Shown here one piece after another: positions 9,392 to 19,322 of a stretch of 64,000 bases of DNA; position 1 is the stretch's first letter; each line of letters starts with the position of its first letter. The notes below the pieces were generated by a model. It saw only the letters and a program-made list of their open reading frames with translations. It had not been told where the DNA came from and ran no database searches. A program made the translations under genes and the position numbers. Location of the stretch: contig OZ241863.1 in NCBI GenBank assembly GCA_965203055.1, positions 192,001 to 256,000 of the forward strand, read 5' to 3'. This DNA is from Spirochaetia bacterium (GTDB lineage: Bacteria > Spirochaetota > Spirochaetia > SZUA-6 > Bin103).

Positions 9392-10458
9392 TCGAGAGCC
9401 CTCCGACCGTCGTTCCACGCCGCGGCCCGCCGCATGAACACCGCCGCGTCCGCGCGCCACTCCGGATACCCGATCCTGCGCTGGTCGGTGAGCCAGTCGA
9501 TCCGTTCGTTCAGACAGGAGACCAGCTCGGCGTCGTCCGCGGAGAGCGCCATGCCGCCCCATTCCACGCGCTCGTCCAGCGCCGCCACCGCCAGCTCTCC
9601 GCCGGAGGCGTGGGCCGCGTCGCTGTTGCCGATTTCCCCGCGCGCGATCGCGTCCACTTCGCCGCCGCGCAGAGCAGCGATCAGTTCCGCTTCGCCGAGG
9701 TGGTCGCCGAGATAGACGATGCGCGGCGCCGCGGCGGAATGCGGATGCAGGCGCAGTCTCTTGGCGAGCCGCGGCGACTCACCGGCCGCGGAGATGAAGA
9801 AGGCGCCGCTGCCGTCCGCCGTTACGGTGCCGCCCGGCGTCTCGACCCGCACGCCCGCGGCCAGCACGCCCTCTTCATCGGCCAACCCGGTCAACTGCAG
9901 CAGGCGGGCCTCGCCGGTGGTGTTGGCGAGGACGCCGACGGCGTGTTCACCGGTCAGCGCGGAGTAGTCGGAGAAGCGGGCGGCGTCGGCGGCGCGCACC
10001 AGCAGGCTTTGCCGGAAGGCGACGTAACCGGTCGAGAAGGTGATGACCCCGGAGCCGTCGGCGGCGCGGGTGCGTGACTCGAGGATGGTGATGCCGCCGC
10101 TGACCAAGTCGTAGTCCGGGCCGGCGGGCCGCAGCCAGATGTCGTCCCAGGGCGCGATGCCGCGCCGGGAGAACGACAATCCCGTGTCCCGCATCGCTGC
10201 GATGGCGGTAAGGAGATCGGACTCGTAGCCGAGATGGGTGTCGAAGCCCGACGATTCGGGAGCTTCGCCGGCGCTGTAGCTGATCGGCGCGAAGTAGGCG
10301 TAGAAGCCGACCCGCAGCTCGCGCCCGCCGTCCGCGCAGACCTGCGGCGAACTGCGCGCAACGCCGTCCGCGGCGCGCGGCGCGAATGACGAACAGGAGG
10401 CCAGGCACAGCGCCAGTCCGACCCCGGCTGCCCGCCGCCAACTCCTCTTGATGGCCAC
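9388..10458 (-). CDS. Amino-acid-type ABC substrate-binding lipoprotein (SBP family 3)
   Basis: Lipobox LASC; LRVGFYAYFAPISY, GYESDLL, GITILESR; start GTG 10458 is inferred. Confidence 0.75.
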   Translation of the reverse strand: MAIKRSWRRAAGVGLALCLASCSSFAPRAADGVARSSPQVCADGGRELRVGFYAYFAPISYSAGEAPESSGFDTHLGYESDLLTAIAAMRDTGLSFSRRGIAPWDDIWLRPAGPDYDLVSGGITILESRTRAADGSGVITFSTGYVAFRQSLLVRAADAARFSDYSALTGEHAVGVLANTTGEARLLQLTGLADEEGVLAAGVRVETPGGTVTADGSGAFFISAAGESPRLAKRLRLHPHSAAAPRIVYLGDHLGEAELIAALRGGEVDAIARGEIGNSDAAHASGGELAVAALDERVEWGGMALSADDAELVSCLNERIDWLTDQRRIGYPEWRADAAVFMRRAAAWNDGRRALE

Positions 10459-10623
10459 GGCCCCGAACCTACCGGAGAAGTGGCACGCAGTGCAACCAAC
10501 CGGCGCCCGGCCGGACCCACCGGACCGGCCCGCGAAGCCGCCACTCGGAGCGCCGCCGCGCGCCGGCGCGTTCTCATCTTGATTGTCGCTGCCGGACACC
10601 TGCGATAGGGTGAGCGTCGTCCG

Positions 10624-11769
10624 ATGACCGGCTCCGCAGTCAGGATCCTGTGCCTCCTGCCGTCGCTTGCGGATGCCCACAACGCGGTGCGAGTCAGCAT
10701 GCTGCAGCGCAGCGGCTTCGCGGTCGAGGCGCTCGGCTTCGAACGCTACGGCCCCGCCGCCCGTATGCTCGACTGCCGCGCCGAGTCGTTGGGGCGGGTC
10801 GAACATAGACGCTACCTCCGGCGCGGCCTCAGACTCCTGCGCTGCCTGTCGCGGGTGCGCGACGCCATGCAACGAAACCACCTCGTCTACGCGTTTGGCG
10901 CCGACCTGCCGCTGCTGGCGCTGGCGGCCGGCGTGGGCCTGAAGGTCCCGGTGGTCGCCGAACTCGCCGACATCAGGGACCTGCAGGTGGCCGCCAGCCT
11001 GCGGGGCAGACTGTTTCGCGCCCTGGACAAGCAGGCGACGGACGCCTGCGCGCTCCTGATCGTCACCTCGGCGCACTATCTGGCGTACTACCGCGGCTGG
11101 TTGCGGACGGCAACGCCGGCCATCGTCGTGGAAAACAAGGTGGAGCCGGCGTTCGCCGCCACCGTCACCGCGGCCTCCTGCGCGGCGCCGGCGCGCCCGT
11201 TGCGGCTCGGTTACTTCGGCATCTTGAAAGATGAATGGTCGCTCGCGCTGATCGAGGCCCTGGCGCGGTCGGCGCCCGAGGAGTTCGCGTTCCTGCTGGC
11301 CGGTATCCCGGGCCGTTTCGTCGACTCCTTTCACCAACGGGTGCGGCGCATCGCCAACCTCGATTACCGGGGCGAATACCGGCATCCTGACGATCTGCCA
11401 ACGTTGTTTGGAGACGCTGACCTGATATTGGCCTGCTATCCGCCTGCAGTCCCGCATGGCTGGTCGCGGTCGAACCGATATTACGACGCCTGCCTGTTCC
11501 GCAAACCGCTGATCGTCCGGGCCGGCACCGGTGACGCCGAGGCCGTGCGGCGGCGCGACGTCGGGTTCGTCATCGCCGCGACCGGCGTGGAGGAGGCGGC
11601 CGCCGAGCTGCGCGGCATTACCGCCGCGGACTGGGAACGATGGCGCGCCAATATGTCGAAGTTGCCGGCCGCGGAGTACGTCCATGCCAAACGCGGGCCG
11701 GACGAGCTGCGGCAGTCACTGGCGGCGCTCGCCGGACGCACGGAACCGGATGCGGCCCCGCCGGCGTGA
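10624..11769 (+). CDS. GT-B glycosyltransferase, ExoL-like
   Basis: AELADI, VVENK, LGYFGIL, YRGEYRHPDDL and SNRYYD pattern. Confidence 0.75.
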   Translation: MTGSAVRILCLLPSLADAHNAVRVSMLQRSGFAVEALGFERYGPAARMLDCRAESLGRVEHRRYLRRGLRLLRCLSRVRDAMQRNHLVYAFGADLPLLALAAGVGLKVPVVAELADIRDLQVAASLRGRLFRALDKQATDACALLIVTSAHYLAYYRGWLRTATPAIVVENKVEPAFAATVTAASCAAPARPLRLGYFGILKDEWSLALIEALARSAPEEFAFLLAGIPGRFVDSFHQRVRRIANLDYRGEYRHPDDLPTLFGDADLILACYPPAVPHGWSRSNRYYDACLFRKPLIVRAGTGDAEAVRRRDVGFVIAATGVEEAAAELRGITAADWERWRANMSKLPAAEYVHAKRGPDELRQSLAALAGRTEPDAAPPA

Positions 11770-12525
11770 CGGCAGGAGGCGGGTCTTCAAGTGGGACAAG
11801 GCGTATCCGCCGAAGAACCACAACGACTTGCCGACCGGGAAGCGCTCCACGCTGCGCAGGAGCTTCCAGGTGTAGGCGGCGGCAACGACCTTGTTGGCGG
11901 AGAGGGAATCGCGGTGCAGGCGGTACGTGACCAGAATCTCGTTGACCCCGATGGCGGTCCTCGACCCGTCGCGCAACAGTTCCAGCCAGTAGCCGTGATC
12001 ATGGCGGCGTTTGAGCAGCGGCATCCGCACCGTGCCGCAGGTCGCGCGCCGTACCAGTGAGGTCGAGCAGCCGATGATGCAACGATGGATCATCGTATGG
12101 TAATCTATCCTGTCGGGTACGGAGACGATCGCGCTTCGCAGTCCGCATTCGCGCACGCGCTCGTAGGCCGTGTATACGATGTCCGCCTGACAGCGTTCCA
12201 ATGCAGCTATCTGCTTCGCAGTCTTCTCGGGATACCAGATGTCGTCGCTGTCGATGAACGCGATCAATTTACCGCGCGCGTCGTCCAGCCCCCGGTTGCG
12301 CGCGCTGGCGGCGCCTCGATTGGTCGCCTGCGCAATGAGGCGGATGCGAGGGTCGCGCCGCTGGTAGTCCGCGGCGATAGTCACAGTGGCGTCCGTCGAG
12401 GCATCATCGACGATGATCATCTCCCAGTCTTTCACGGTCTGCGAGATGACGGAGTCGATCGATTCGGCAATGAAGCGCTCAGCGTTGAAGCTGGGCATGA
12501 TCACGGAAACGAGGGGACCGGACAT
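11716..12525 (-). CDS. GT2 glycosyltransferase (TuaG-like)
   Basis: VSVIMPSFN, IVDDASTD, ARNRG, FIDSDDIW, SLSANK. Confidence 0.9.
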   Translation of the reverse strand: MSGPLVSVIMPSFNAERFIAESIDSVISQTVKDWEMIIVDDASTDATVTIAADYQRRDPRIRLIAQATNRGAASARNRGLDDARGKLIAFIDSDDIWYPEKTAKQIAALERCQADIVYTAYERVRECGLRSAIVSVPDRIDYHTMIHRCIIGCSTSLVRRATCGTVRMPLLKRRHDHGYWLELLRDGSRTAIGVNEILVTYRLHRDSLSANKVVAAAYTWKLLRSVERFPVGKSLWFFGGYALSHLKTRLLPSRRRGRIRFRASGERRQ

Positions 12526-12587
12526 GGATCGAAGCGAGTATAGCATGCCTCATCGCAAGATGAGCGCGGCGCGCCGCGGGTAACGAC

Positions 12588-13589
12588 GTGGCTCGGATAG
12601 CGCTGGTCGGCGGGTCGGGGTTCATCGGCCGGAGCCTGGCGAGTGCGCTGCGGCAGGCGGGCCACGAAGTCACCAGCGTCGATCTGGCGCAGGCCCCCGA
12701 CGGCACGGCGTTTCGCCGGGCCGACGTGCAAGACGGGGCCGGCCTGACCGCGGCGTTGGAGGGGGCTGAGGTCGTCTACAACCTGGCGGCGGTGCACCGC
12801 GACGACGTCAAGCCGGTGACCCGCTATGACGAGGTCAACGCCGGCGGCGCCGCCAACGTGTGCGGCGCCTGCCGGCGCCTGGGGATCGACCGGCTCATCT
12901 TTACCAGTACGGCCGCGGTCTACGGCGTCGCCGCGCCGCCGGAGGTGACGGAGCAGCATGCGCCGGCGCCCTTCAATGCGTACGGCTGGTCGAAGCTGCG
13001 CGCCGAGCAACTGCACCGCGACTGGCAAGCCGAGGCACCCAAGGCGCGGTCGCTGGCGATCGTCCGCCCGACCGCCGTGTTCGGCGAAGGGAACCGCGGC
13101 AACGTGTACCAGCTCGTGCACCAGCTCGACGCCGGACGCTTCCTGATGGTCGGCAACGGCCGCAATCGCAAGTCGATCGCCTACGTCGGCAACGTGAGCG
13201 CGTTCCTGGCCGCGGCCTTGGACTGCGGGCCCGGCTCCCACCTGTTCAACTACGTGGACAAGCCCGACCTCTCGACGCGGGAACTGGTGGAGACGATACT
13301 GCAGGCGCTGGGCCGGGAACCGCGCGTCGGGCTCCGCGTCCCGTTCGCGGTTGGCTACTTCGGCGGGCTCATCTGCGATCTGGCGGCCGCGCTGACCGGC
13401 GCCGCGCTGCCGGTCAGCGCGGTTCGGATCCGGAAGTTCTGCAGCACTACCACGTTCTCGGGGGCGCGAGTACAGGCGACCGGATTCCGGCCGCCCTACT
13501 CACTGCAGGAGGGTCTGCTGAAGACGATCCGGCATGAAGTGAAGTCCCCCCACGACCCCGGCCCGGGGGGGGGGGGGGGGGGGGGGTAG
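12588..13589 (+). CDS. NAD-dependent epimerase/dehydratase
   Basis: GGSGFIG, LAAVHRDD, YGWSK, FGEGNRGNV; ends in a poly-G tract. Confidence 0.88.
   Translation: MARIALVGGSGFIGRSLASALRQAGHEVTSVDLAQAPDGTAFRRADVQDGAGLTAALEGAEVVYNLAAVHRDDVKPVTRYDEVNAGGAANVCGACRRLGIDRLIFTSTAAVYGVAAPPEVTEQHAPAPFNAYGWSKLRAEQLHRDWQAEAPKARSLAIVRPTAVFGEGNRGNVYQLVHQLDAGRFLMVGNGRNRKSIAYVGNVSAFLAAALDCGPGSHLFNYVDKPDLSTRELVETILQALGREPRVGLRVPFAVGYFGGLICDLAAALTGAALPVSAVRIRKFCSTTTFSGARVQATGFRPPYSLQEGLLKTIRHEVKSPHDPGPGGGGGGG
13565..13586. repeat. G22 homopolymer
   Basis: 22 consecutive G immediately before the TAG stop. Confidence 0.9.
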
Positions 13590-13591
13590 AA

Positions 13592-14341
13592 CTAGAAGAG
13601 GTAGCGGAGGCCCAGCTCCCCGTTGTGGATCAACGCCAACTTCAGCTTCGTCTTCGAGGTAGGTAGCTCGGTCTCGGTGGTGCCGGTCAAACGGTAGCCG
13701 AGCGTGACGACCAGGTCGTCGGTCACGGCGTACCCGATGCCGGCGTCCCCCTGAAACCCGAACGCCCAGGCAGACTCTGATTTCGTAACTTTCGGCTCAA
13801 GTGGCGTCAGGCGGGTCACTGCCGCGTCCGCCAAGGTGAGCGTGATATTCGACGCGCCCCCGGCGATGCCCAGGTAGGGCAGCAACGGCGTACCGGTGTC
13901 GATGTCGTAGTGAATGCCGAGACCCAGGTCCAGCGAGCTGACGGCGCTGCCGGCCCAGTCTAAATCATCCAGACCCTTATTGGTTACACTGTCGGCTTTC
14001 TCGTCGTTTTTGCCGATCTTCGTGATCGTCACCTCGGTGATCGGGGTCCGGCGGTAGGCGCCGTAGACCTCCGGGCGGAACCCGCTGATGGCGTAGCCGA
14101 CGCCGATCTGGGCGCCCAGGAAGCCGAAGCCGGTATCGATATTGGCGATGAATTTCTCCGTCTCCGAGCCTTGGGGGATCGGGCCGGCCAGCTCCCGCTG
14201 GGCGGAGAACGCTACGTCCCAGTTCAAGCTGGCGTAGAACGATCCGGCGCTGAACATGCCGTGGTTGTCGGCAGCCAGGGTGGCCAGCGGAGCTGACACC
14301 AGAAGGGCGCAAAGCGCGAAGCGCAAGCGGCGGTGAGTCAT
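13592..14341 (-). CDS. Outer-membrane beta-barrel protein (opacity/OmpA-like 8-strand family)
   Basis: Signal peptide; PYLGIAGG, FGFQGDAGIGY, LGYR; C-terminal GLRYLF. Confidence 0.8.
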   Translation of the reverse strand: MTHRRLRFALCALLVSAPLATLAADNHGMFSAGSFYASLNWDVAFSAQRELAGPIPQGSETEKFIANIDTGFGFLGAQIGVGYAISGFRPEVYGAYRRTPITEVTITKIGKNDEKADSVTNKGLDDLDWAGSAVSSLDLGLGIHYDIDTGTPLLPYLGIAGGASNITLTLADAAVTRLTPLEPKVTKSESAWAFGFQGDAGIGYAVTDDLVVTLGYRLTGTTETELPTSKTKLKLALIHNGELGLRYLF

Positions 14342-14407
14342 AGTGTCTGAAATATCGACATGCCGCGGCGCGGTGTCAAGATCTCCGCCGGCGCGGCGCT
14401 TCGCGGA

Positions 14408-15553
14408 TCACTCGGTTTGCGCCGCGCCGCGGGAGCGCGCCGGCGCCCGTTCCATGGCCTCGACGAAGCGGTCGAACAGGTGGCGGGCGTCGTGCGGCCC
14501 CGGCGCGGCTTCCGGGTGGTACTGGATCGCGAACAGCGGCCGCGCGCGATGCTCCAGCCCCTCGATGGTGCCGTCGTTGAGGTTGACGTGGGTAACGCGC
14601 AACTCCGGCGGCAGGGACTCGGCGGCGACCGCGTAGCCGTGGTTCTGACTGGTGATGGAGACCACGCCGGTGCGCTCCTCGCGCACCGGATGGTTGGCGC
14701 CGTGGTGGCCGAACTTGAGCTTGAAGATATCCGCCCCCAGAGCCAGCGCCATGATCTGCAGGCCGAGACAGATCCCGAACACCGGCCGGTCGCGGTGGCC
14801 GGCGAGCAGCTCGCGCACGGTATCCGCCAGGTAGGGCGCCTGCTCCGGGTCGCCGGGGCCATTGGAGAGGAACAGGCCGTCCGGTTCCAGCGCGGCGATC
14901 TGCGGCGCGCTCGCGGTGGCCGGAACCACCGTGACGCGGCAGCCGCGCGCCGCCAAATTGCGCATGATGTTGCGCTTGGCGCCGGCGTCGATGGCCACCA
15001 CGTGATGGCCGCCCGCGCCCGGCGCCGGTCCGGCCGGCAGGGGCAGCGGGGCGATGGCCGCCGGCGCCACTTCCCGCACCAGGTCGAGATCGCCCAGCTT
15101 CGGCGCCCGCCGCGCCTTGGCGGTGAGCGAGGCGGCGGCGAGATCGGTGGTGGAGATCACCCCGGTCTTGGCGCCGTGCAACCGCAGGTGGCGGGTAAGG
15201 GCGCGGGTGTCCACCTCGTCGATGGCGACGATGCCGTGCGCCCGCAGGTAACTGCCCAGATCGCCGGTGGCGCGCCAGTTGGAGTGGCGGGCGGCCAGCT
15301 CGCGCACGATCAGCCCGCGGGTCCAGGGTTGGCGCGACTCCGGGTCCTCGTCGTTGACCCCGTAGTTGCCGATCAGCGGATAGGTCAGACACACGAGCTG
15401 CCCGGCGTAGGAGGGATCGGTGAGGATTTCCTGGTAGCCGGTCATGGCGGTGTTGAACACCACCTCGCCGGTTGCCTCGCCGGACGCGCCCACCGCGCGG
15501 CCGCGGAACACGACGCCATCTTCCAGCGCCAGCAGCGCGGGCCGGCCGCTCAC
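14408..15553 (-). CDS. carA: Carbamoyl-phosphate synthase small subunit
   Basis: [35 protein letters not shown] 15553 overlaps the pyrC stop. Confidence 0.96.
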   Translation of the reverse strand: MSGRPALLALEDGVVFRGRAVGASGEATGEVVFNTAMTGYQEILTDPSYAGQLVCLTYPLIGNYGVNDEDPESRQPWTRGLIVRELAARHSNWRATGDLGSYLRAHGIVAIDEVDTRALTRHLRLHGAKTGVISTTDLAAASLTAKARRAPKLGDLDLVREVAPAAIAPLPLPAGPAPGAGGHHVVAIDAGAKRNIMRNLAARGCRVTVVPATASAPQIAALEPDGLFLSNGPGDPEQAPYLADTVRELLAGHRDRPVFGICLGLQIMALALGADIFKLKFGHHGANHPVREERTGVVSITSQNHGYAVAAESLPPELRVTHVNLNDGTIEGLEHRARPLFAIQYHPEAAPGPHDARHLFDRFVEAMERAPARSRGAAQTE

Positions 15554-16893
15554 GCCGGCTCCTCCCGGCCGGGCGCGGGCGGCGCGGGATGCGGCGGCTG
15601 GATGCGGCAATCGCGCAGGCGGATGCGCCCGCCCACCAGGCAGTCGGTGGCGCGCCCGATCATGCGCCGCCCCCAGAACGGCGAGTTGCGCGCCTTCGAC
15701 TGCGCCGCGGCCGCGTCGTAGACCCAGGTACGGTCCGGATCGACTATCGTGACGTCGGCTACCGCCCCCACGCGCAGGCTGCCGCGCTCGACGCCGATCA
15801 ACCGCGCCGGATTGACCGCCAGTACCCGCACCAACTGTTCCAGGCTGATGACCCGGTCGCGCACCAGCGCCAGCATCAGGGGCAGCATCGTCTCCACCCC
15901 GGTGATTCCGTTCGGAGCGTGATCGAACTCCACCGCCTTCTCGTAATCGGCATGCGGCGCATGATCGCTGCCCACCAGGTCGATGGTGCCGTCGGCCAGC
16001 CCGGCGCGCACCGCGGCCACGTCGGCCGCGGTGCGCAGCGGGGGATACATCTTGGCGCGGGTGTCGTAGCGCAACACCGCCTCCTCGGTGAGGAACAGGT
16101 AGTGGGGGCAGGTCTCGGCGGTAACCTCGATCCCGCCGGCCCGCGCCTGGCGGATCAGCTCGACCGACCGGCCGCAGGAGATGTGCTGGAAGTGGACCCG
16201 GCCGCCGGCCAGCGCAACGATCTCGAGATCGCGGGCCACCAGCGCCGACTCGGCCTGGCAGGGGCTGCCAAGCAACCCCAGGCGGGCAGCCACCACCCCT
16301 TCGTTCACTACCCCCGCCTGCGAAAGCTCGGGATCCTCCTCATGCAGCAGCAGCGGCAGGCGAAACTTCTTGGCGTACTCCAGGGCGCGGCGCAGGATCG
16401 CCGACGACACGATCGGCTTGCCGTCGTCGGACAGCGCCACCGCGCCGCCGGTGCGCAGTTCGCCGAACTCGGTGAGTCTGGCGCCCTCCTGGCGGACGGT
16501 AGCCGCGCCCACCGGCCACAGGTTGATCAGTTCGAGGCGCCGCGCCTCGCGGCGCAGAAACTCCATGTCGGCGCGCGTGTCGGACACCGGGTTGGTGTTG
16601 GGCATCGGGCAGACGCCGGTGAAGCCGCCGGCCAGCGCGGCCCGCAATCCGCTCTCGATCGTCTCCTTGTACTCGAAGCCGGGCTCGCGCAGGTGGACGT
16701 GGACGTCGATCAGCCCGGGCAGCACCAGCTTGCCGCGCGCGTCGATCACCTCCGCCGCTGCGCCGCCGGCGGCGCCCGCATCGCCCCCGAGCCGGTGCAC
16801 GCGCCCGTTCCGCACCAGGAGATCGACCTGCGCGTCCACCCCTTGGAGCGGGTCCAGCAGCCGGCCGCCGCGCACCAGCACCGAATCAGCCAT
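15550..16893 (-). CDS. pyrC: Dihydroorotase
   Basis: [20 protein letters not shown]; position in the pyr operon. Confidence 0.95.
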   Translation of the reverse strand: MADSVLVRGGRLLDPLQGVDAQVDLLVRNGRVHRLGGDAGAAGGAAAEVIDARGKLVLPGLIDVHVHLREPGFEYKETIESGLRAALAGGFTGVCPMPNTNPVSDTRADMEFLRREARRLELINLWPVGAATVRQEGARLTEFGELRTGGAVALSDDGKPIVSSAILRRALEYAKKFRLPLLLHEEDPELSQAGVVNEGVVAARLGLLGSPCQAESALVARDLEIVALAGGRVHFQHISCGRSVELIRQARAGGIEVTAETCPHYLFLTEEAVLRYDTRAKMYPPLRTAADVAAVRAGLADGTIDLVGSDHAPHADYEKAVEFDHAPNGITGVETMLPLMLALVRDRVISLEQLVRVLAVNPARLIGVERGSLRVGAVADVTIVDPDRTWVYDAAAAQSKARNSPFWGRRMIGRATDCLVGGRIRLRDCRIQPPHPAPPAPGREEPA

Positions 16894-17896
16894 CCTCGCC
16901 CGCTCCCTCAGCGACCGACTCCTCGGCGCCCGAATCCTCAGAGCGCGTCAGCGTGGTGTGATACAGCACCGCCATGCGCACCGCCACGCCGTTGGTCACC
17001 TGCTCCAGGATCAGGGAATGCGGGCCGTCGGCCACTTCCGCGGCCACCTCCACGCCGCGGTTCATCGGTCCCGGATGCAATACCAGCAGCCCTTCCCTGG
17101 CGCGCCGCAGACGATCGTGCGTCAGCCCGTACTCCACCGCGTACTCCCGCACCGACGGGAAGAACGCCCCGCGCTGGCGCTCGAACTGAATCCGCAGCAG
17201 GTTGAGGACGTCGGCCTCCTCGATCACCTCGTCCAGATCGTAGGACACCGCCGCGCCGAGCGCTTCGATGCCGGGCGGAATGAGACTCGGCGGCCCGCAC
17301 ACCGTCACCCGCGCGCCGAGCTTGCGCAGGCACCACAAGTTGGAGCGCGCCACCCGCGAGTGCAGGATGTCGCCCACCAGGCAGACGTGCAGGTCCTGCA
17401 ACTGCCGTTGCTCGCGGATGGTGAAGATGTCCAGCAGCCCCTGGGTAGGATGCTCGTGGATGCCGTCGCCGGCGTTGATCACGCTGGCGTCCAACTCGCG
17501 CGCCAGCAGCTCGGCCGCGCCGGACGAGGCGTGGCGCACCACCACCGTGTCCACCTGCATCGCCTCGATGTTCCGGGCCGTATCGACCAGGCTCTCGCCC
17601 TTCTGCACGCTGGAGGAGGAGCCCTGGAAGTTGACCGTATCCGCGGACAGCCGCTTGGCGGCCAGCTCGAAGCTGGTGCGGGTCCGGGTAGAGGACTCGA
17701 AGAACAGGTTGGCGATGGTCTTGCCGCGCAGCGCCGGCACTTTCTTGACGGGGCGCGCCGACACGCGCTTGAACTCCTCGGCGGCATCGAGCAGCAATTC
17801 GATCTCGCCGCGGCTGAGCAGTTCCAGCGCCAGCAGGTCCTTGCGCGTCCAGGCGGGCGCCGCGGCCGGCGGCTCAGCGCCGGTGGCCGACGGCAA
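16886..17896 (-). CDS. pyrB: Aspartate carbamoyltransferase catalytic subunit
   Basis: [23 protein letters not shown] start with GAGGAGG SD. Confidence 0.96.
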   Translation of the reverse strand: MPSATGAEPPAAAPAWTRKDLLALELLSRGEIELLLDAAEEFKRVSARPVKKVPALRGKTIANLFFESSTRTRTSFELAAKRLSADTVNFQGSSSSVQKGESLVDTARNIEAMQVDTVVVRHASSGAAELLARELDASVINAGDGIHEHPTQGLLDIFTIREQRQLQDLHVCLVGDILHSRVARSNLWCLRKLGARVTVCGPPSLIPPGIEALGAAVSYDLDEVIEEADVLNLLRIQFERQRGAFFPSVREYAVEYGLTHDRLRRAREGLLVLHPGPMNRGVEVAAEVADGPHSLILEQVTNGVAVRMAVLYHTTLTRSEDSGAEESVAEGAGEDG

Positions 17897-18428
17897 TGAC
17901 CACCTCCTCATCGGGGTCGGTGTCGCGCAGCCGCACGTGAACGATCTCCTCACGGCTGGTGGGGACGTTCTTGCCCACGTAGTCAGCGCGGATCGGGTAC
18001 TCCCGATGGCCGCGGTCGATCACCACGGCGAGCTGGATGCGGCGCGGGCGCCCGAACTCCACCAGAGCGTCCAGCGCCGCGCGGGTCGTGCGGCCGGTGT
18101 ACAGCACGTCGTCCACCAGCACCACCACCCGGTCGTCGAGGGGAAAGTCGATTTCCGTCCGGCCCACCACCGGGGCGCTGGCGACGTGGCTCAGGTCATC
18201 GCGGTACAGACTGATGTCGAGGATGCCCAGCGGCGCCTCGACGCCGGTGATCTCTTGCACCAGCCGCTGCAGCCGGCGCGCCAGCGGCACCCCGCGGGTG
18301 CGGATGCCCACGAACGCCATCCGGTCGACGGTGCGATTGCGCTCCACCACCTCGTGCGCCAGCCGCGTCAGGCAGCGCGCCAAGTCAGCGGCATCGAGAA
18401 TGCGGCGTTCGGAATAGCAGAAATTCAC
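17874..18428 (-). CDS. pyrR: Bifunctional pyr regulator / uracil phosphoribosyltransferase
   Basis: [44 protein letters not shown] 18428. Confidence 0.96.
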   Translation of the reverse strand: MNFCYSERRILDAADLARCLTRLAHEVVERNRTVDRMAFVGIRTRGVPLARRLQRLVQEITGVEAPLGILDISLYRDDLSHVASAPVVGRTEIDFPLDDRVVVLVDDVLYTGRTTRAALDALVEFGRPRRIQLAVVIDRGHREYPIRADYVGKNVPTSREEIVHVRLRDTDPDEEVVIAVGHRR

Positions 18429-18435
18429 GGTCCGC

Positions 18436-18468
18436 TCCTTTCCGGCCTCGCGGGACCGGCTTAAAGGA
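18436..18468 (-). promoter_or_regulatory. PyrR-binding RNA hairpin overlapping the pyrR Shine-Dalgarno
   Basis: Minus strand reads UCCUUUAAGCCGGUCCCGCGAGGCCGGAAAGGA, matching the CUUUAA...GUCCnGnGAGGC binding-loop pattern; its 3' arm is the AAGGAG SD. Confidence 0.85.
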
Positions 18469-18612
18469 CGGCCGGCAGGGTAGCCGGGCCGCGCCCCCGC
18501 GTCAACGGCGCGCGTCCGCCTCGAGCGCGGCGCGCTTGCCGAGGGGCGCCGTTCGTGCCATGCTGGCGGCAACCAACGAAGACCCGGCGGCCGGGTCACA
18601 AGGAGACGATAC

Positions 18613-19272
<660 letters not shown>

Positions 19273-19322
19273 CGGGGACCACCCAAATAGATACCCCAGG
19301 TACACCAAGGAGGAGAGAACCA

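Noticed and set aside
6437..9715. 1092-aa plus-strand ORF, and similar long Arg/Gly/Ala-rich ORFs (960-3005, 28523-31141, 36962-39922, 46372-49149)
   Set aside because: Antisense or off-frame shadows of real genes in high-GC DNA, with no recognisable motifs
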